From NCBI GenBank assembly GCA_053919585.1, contig CM132808.1: DNA of 64,000 nucleotides. One strand, given 5' to 3'. Each line of letters opens with the position of its first letter. Within the stretch, counting starts at the first letter, position 1. The notes below the pieces were generated by a model that had not been told where the DNA came from, made no database searches, and saw only the letters and a program-made list of their open reading frames with translations. The stretch comes from Euprymna scolopes. Taxonomy: Eukaryota. A program made the position numbers and the translations under genes. Shown here piece by piece: positions 62,432-64,000 of the stretch.

Positions 62432-62729
62432 AAAATGACGACTTAAATAAGTTTTCGACTATGCTGAATACGGAAATCGCATTGAAATTTTGCAGAAATA
62501 AGTAGTTATCGAGATATAAATAGTTGTTTTATGCATTGTATTCTTTGGCGGCCATCTTTGTTGCGCACGTAGATTTGTTTATGACGCGCGTGCACGCACA
62601 TAAAAAAGATGGCCGCCAGAGATTACAATGCATTATACAACTTTTTATCCCGATAACTACTTATTTCTGCAAAATTTCAATGCGATTTCCGTATTCAGCA
62701 TAGTCGAAAACCTATTTAAGTCGTCATTT
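62432..62729. repeat. Near-perfect 300-bp fold-back, same family as the 61.5-kb MITE
   Basis: TTTTCGACTATGCTGAATACGGAAATCGCATTGAAATTTTGCAGAAATAAGTAGTTATCG and its exact reverse complement. Confidence 0.9.
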
Positions 62730-63683
62730 GAAAAAAACTATACTTTGAAAAAACCTATACTTTCACCTAACAATTTATAGTTTTAATAATAAAAGTTCAT
62801 ATTTTCTTATATCGAAACAACTGTTTAAAAAAACATAAACAAAAAAAAAAACAAAAACAAAAAACAAAAAACAACTTCGACTTTTATGCTTCAACTCAAA
62901 ACGCAAGCGAGCAACTTTTTTTTGCCTGCTATAATAAAGAAAAAAAATTTAATTAAAAAGTTGGAAGATAAAAATGAATTTAAATTTTTAAAATAGGGTA
63001 CATTTTTTTTTTACTTATCGAATAAACAGAAAATGAAATCTAATTCGTCTCGTCAAATCGTGGTGTATGAAATGAATTGAAACAGAAGTTCAGTTCTACC
63101 AACAAGGCAGGTCCGCAGTATGGGCTTACAAAAAATATTTTTATTTTATTTAATATTTTTATAATTGGCGATGTTAATTTATTTTAATAGCATAGAAATA
63201 TCCCTCGACTCTAAAAATGGGTTGTCTGAAAATTTCAATTAAATTGGTAATGTAGAAATATGGTTTTATCGATTTTGAACGAACCAAGAATTACATTTTT
63301 ATATATATAGATATTGCAGCACTAAGAATTTTGTTTTTTAATTCAATTTATAAAATTATATAATCAAAGGGACTTTGTGTGTAGATATGTGTCTGAGTTT
63401 ATTCTCTTTGAATTCCAAAATGGCTGGACCGATTTTTTTTTTTTAATTTTACACAAATGTATTTTCCACCACCAACGATCACTACGCTGTTATGTAAGTG
63501 ACCACTGTCCACTGTTATCCTATCATCATTAACTCTTATCTTCGAGTGACCTTCAAGCTTTAATAAGTGGTTACTCCCCTTGTCAAAAACCTTCTTAACA
63601 CTTGGAGGCCGGACGTCGATAGTATCACATTGACGTTTAATTTTAAGATCGTAAGCTTTGACAAATTATGTTTCTATTCACAG

Positions 63684-63772
63684 GTCTACGTTGTTGGCAA
63701 AGGCAACCAGGTAATGGTAAATTTGTTGCTATCCTTCGAAAGAACGCAAGACATCAAGGAAGAATTTTGTCG
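63684..63772 (+). CDS. cadherin exon 12 (VYVVGKGNQVMVNLLLSFERTQDIKEEFC-R), start of the membrane-adjacent domain, phase 0-2
   Basis: cacag acceptor, CG/gtaaga donor; continues exon 11 like CDH23 IYILRDDQRVKIV...EEEF. The 3' boundary is less certain because of an internal CAG/gtaatg. Confidence 0.8.
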
Positions 63773-64000
63773 GTAAGAATTTTAAGCATCACTTTAATTC
63801 TTGTAAAACTATTCTTTAAGGGCGTCGTAAACACCCGCATAATTTGGAGAGCCAATTATTTCCCGATTGACTTATCAGGTTATAAAAAGAACAGGTTATC
63901 TCTCCTCCATGACACCAGGTGCTACCAGATCAGATTGCCTGATGATACTGGATTCCTGACCTAAAATGCACGATACATTGATCTTATTGGGTTTTTTCCT

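Larger units (their letters stand above)
60075..63311 (-). mobile_element. 3.2-kb non-autonomous Helitron-like element with nested fold-backs
   Basis: Reverse complement starts A/TCTATATATATAAAA and ends with hairpin GCCACAGCAATGCGTGGC then CTAG/T, the canonical A-T target. Confidence 0.65.
5079..63772 (+). other. CDH23-like: Partial multi-exon gene: cadherin-23-like (CDH23/Cad87A/Cad88C-type) non-classical cadherin, 12 internal exons, about 9 EC repeats plus start of the membrane-adjacent domain
   Basis: Twelve GT-AG exons splice into one open frame of 2927 nt with matching phases. Repeated cadherin motifs are present (DxNDNxPxF, A.D.D, LDRE/IDYE, D.G.P). The C-terminal part resembles CDH23 EC27/MAD28 as recalled. 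Cadherin identity is certain; orthology is not. Confidence 0.85.

Noticed and set aside
5079-63772. Clustered protocadherin or Fat assignment
   Set aside because: More than seven EC repeats split over many exons, ending in a MAD-like segment rather than a TM directly or EGF/LamG domains.

Overview
AT-rich, repeat-dense eukaryotic genomic DNA. The repeat landscape suggests a coleoid cephalopod (octopus-like), which is an inference. There are four N-gaps. One protein-coding gene crosses the whole window on the + strand as 12 internal exons (5079-63772, about 975 codons, all GT-AG and phase-compatible). They encode about nine cadherin (EC) repeats, the first partial, and then the start of a membrane-adjacent domain. 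The last repeat and this domain resemble cadherin-23 EC27-MAD28. The gene start and end lie outside the window. The introns hold a full-length decayed Hsmar1-like mariner, a deleted Tc1/mariner element, non-autonomous Helitrons, fold-back MITEs, LINE fragments (R4/Dong-like, RTE-like, CR1/L2/Jockey-like), a decayed Penelope-like GIY-YIG ORF, a 2-kb 16-mer minisatellite and an 11-kb 13-mer satellite. The satellite produces the giant F/L/C/S ORFs, which are artefacts. The most interesting signal is a family of short retroposons, about 11 segments here. They join a tRNA-like Pol III head to a 3' module carrying a minimal Penelope-type hammerhead ribozyme whose stem II covaries between copies. Several insert with an inverted copy of their own tail at the 5' end. 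One young copy has a 12-bp target-site duplication (TSD) and an intact core, and another has a 5S-rRNA-derived SINE nested inside it. Together this suggests a Penelope-mobilised, ribozyme-carrying SINE system. Whether it is undescribed needs a database check.
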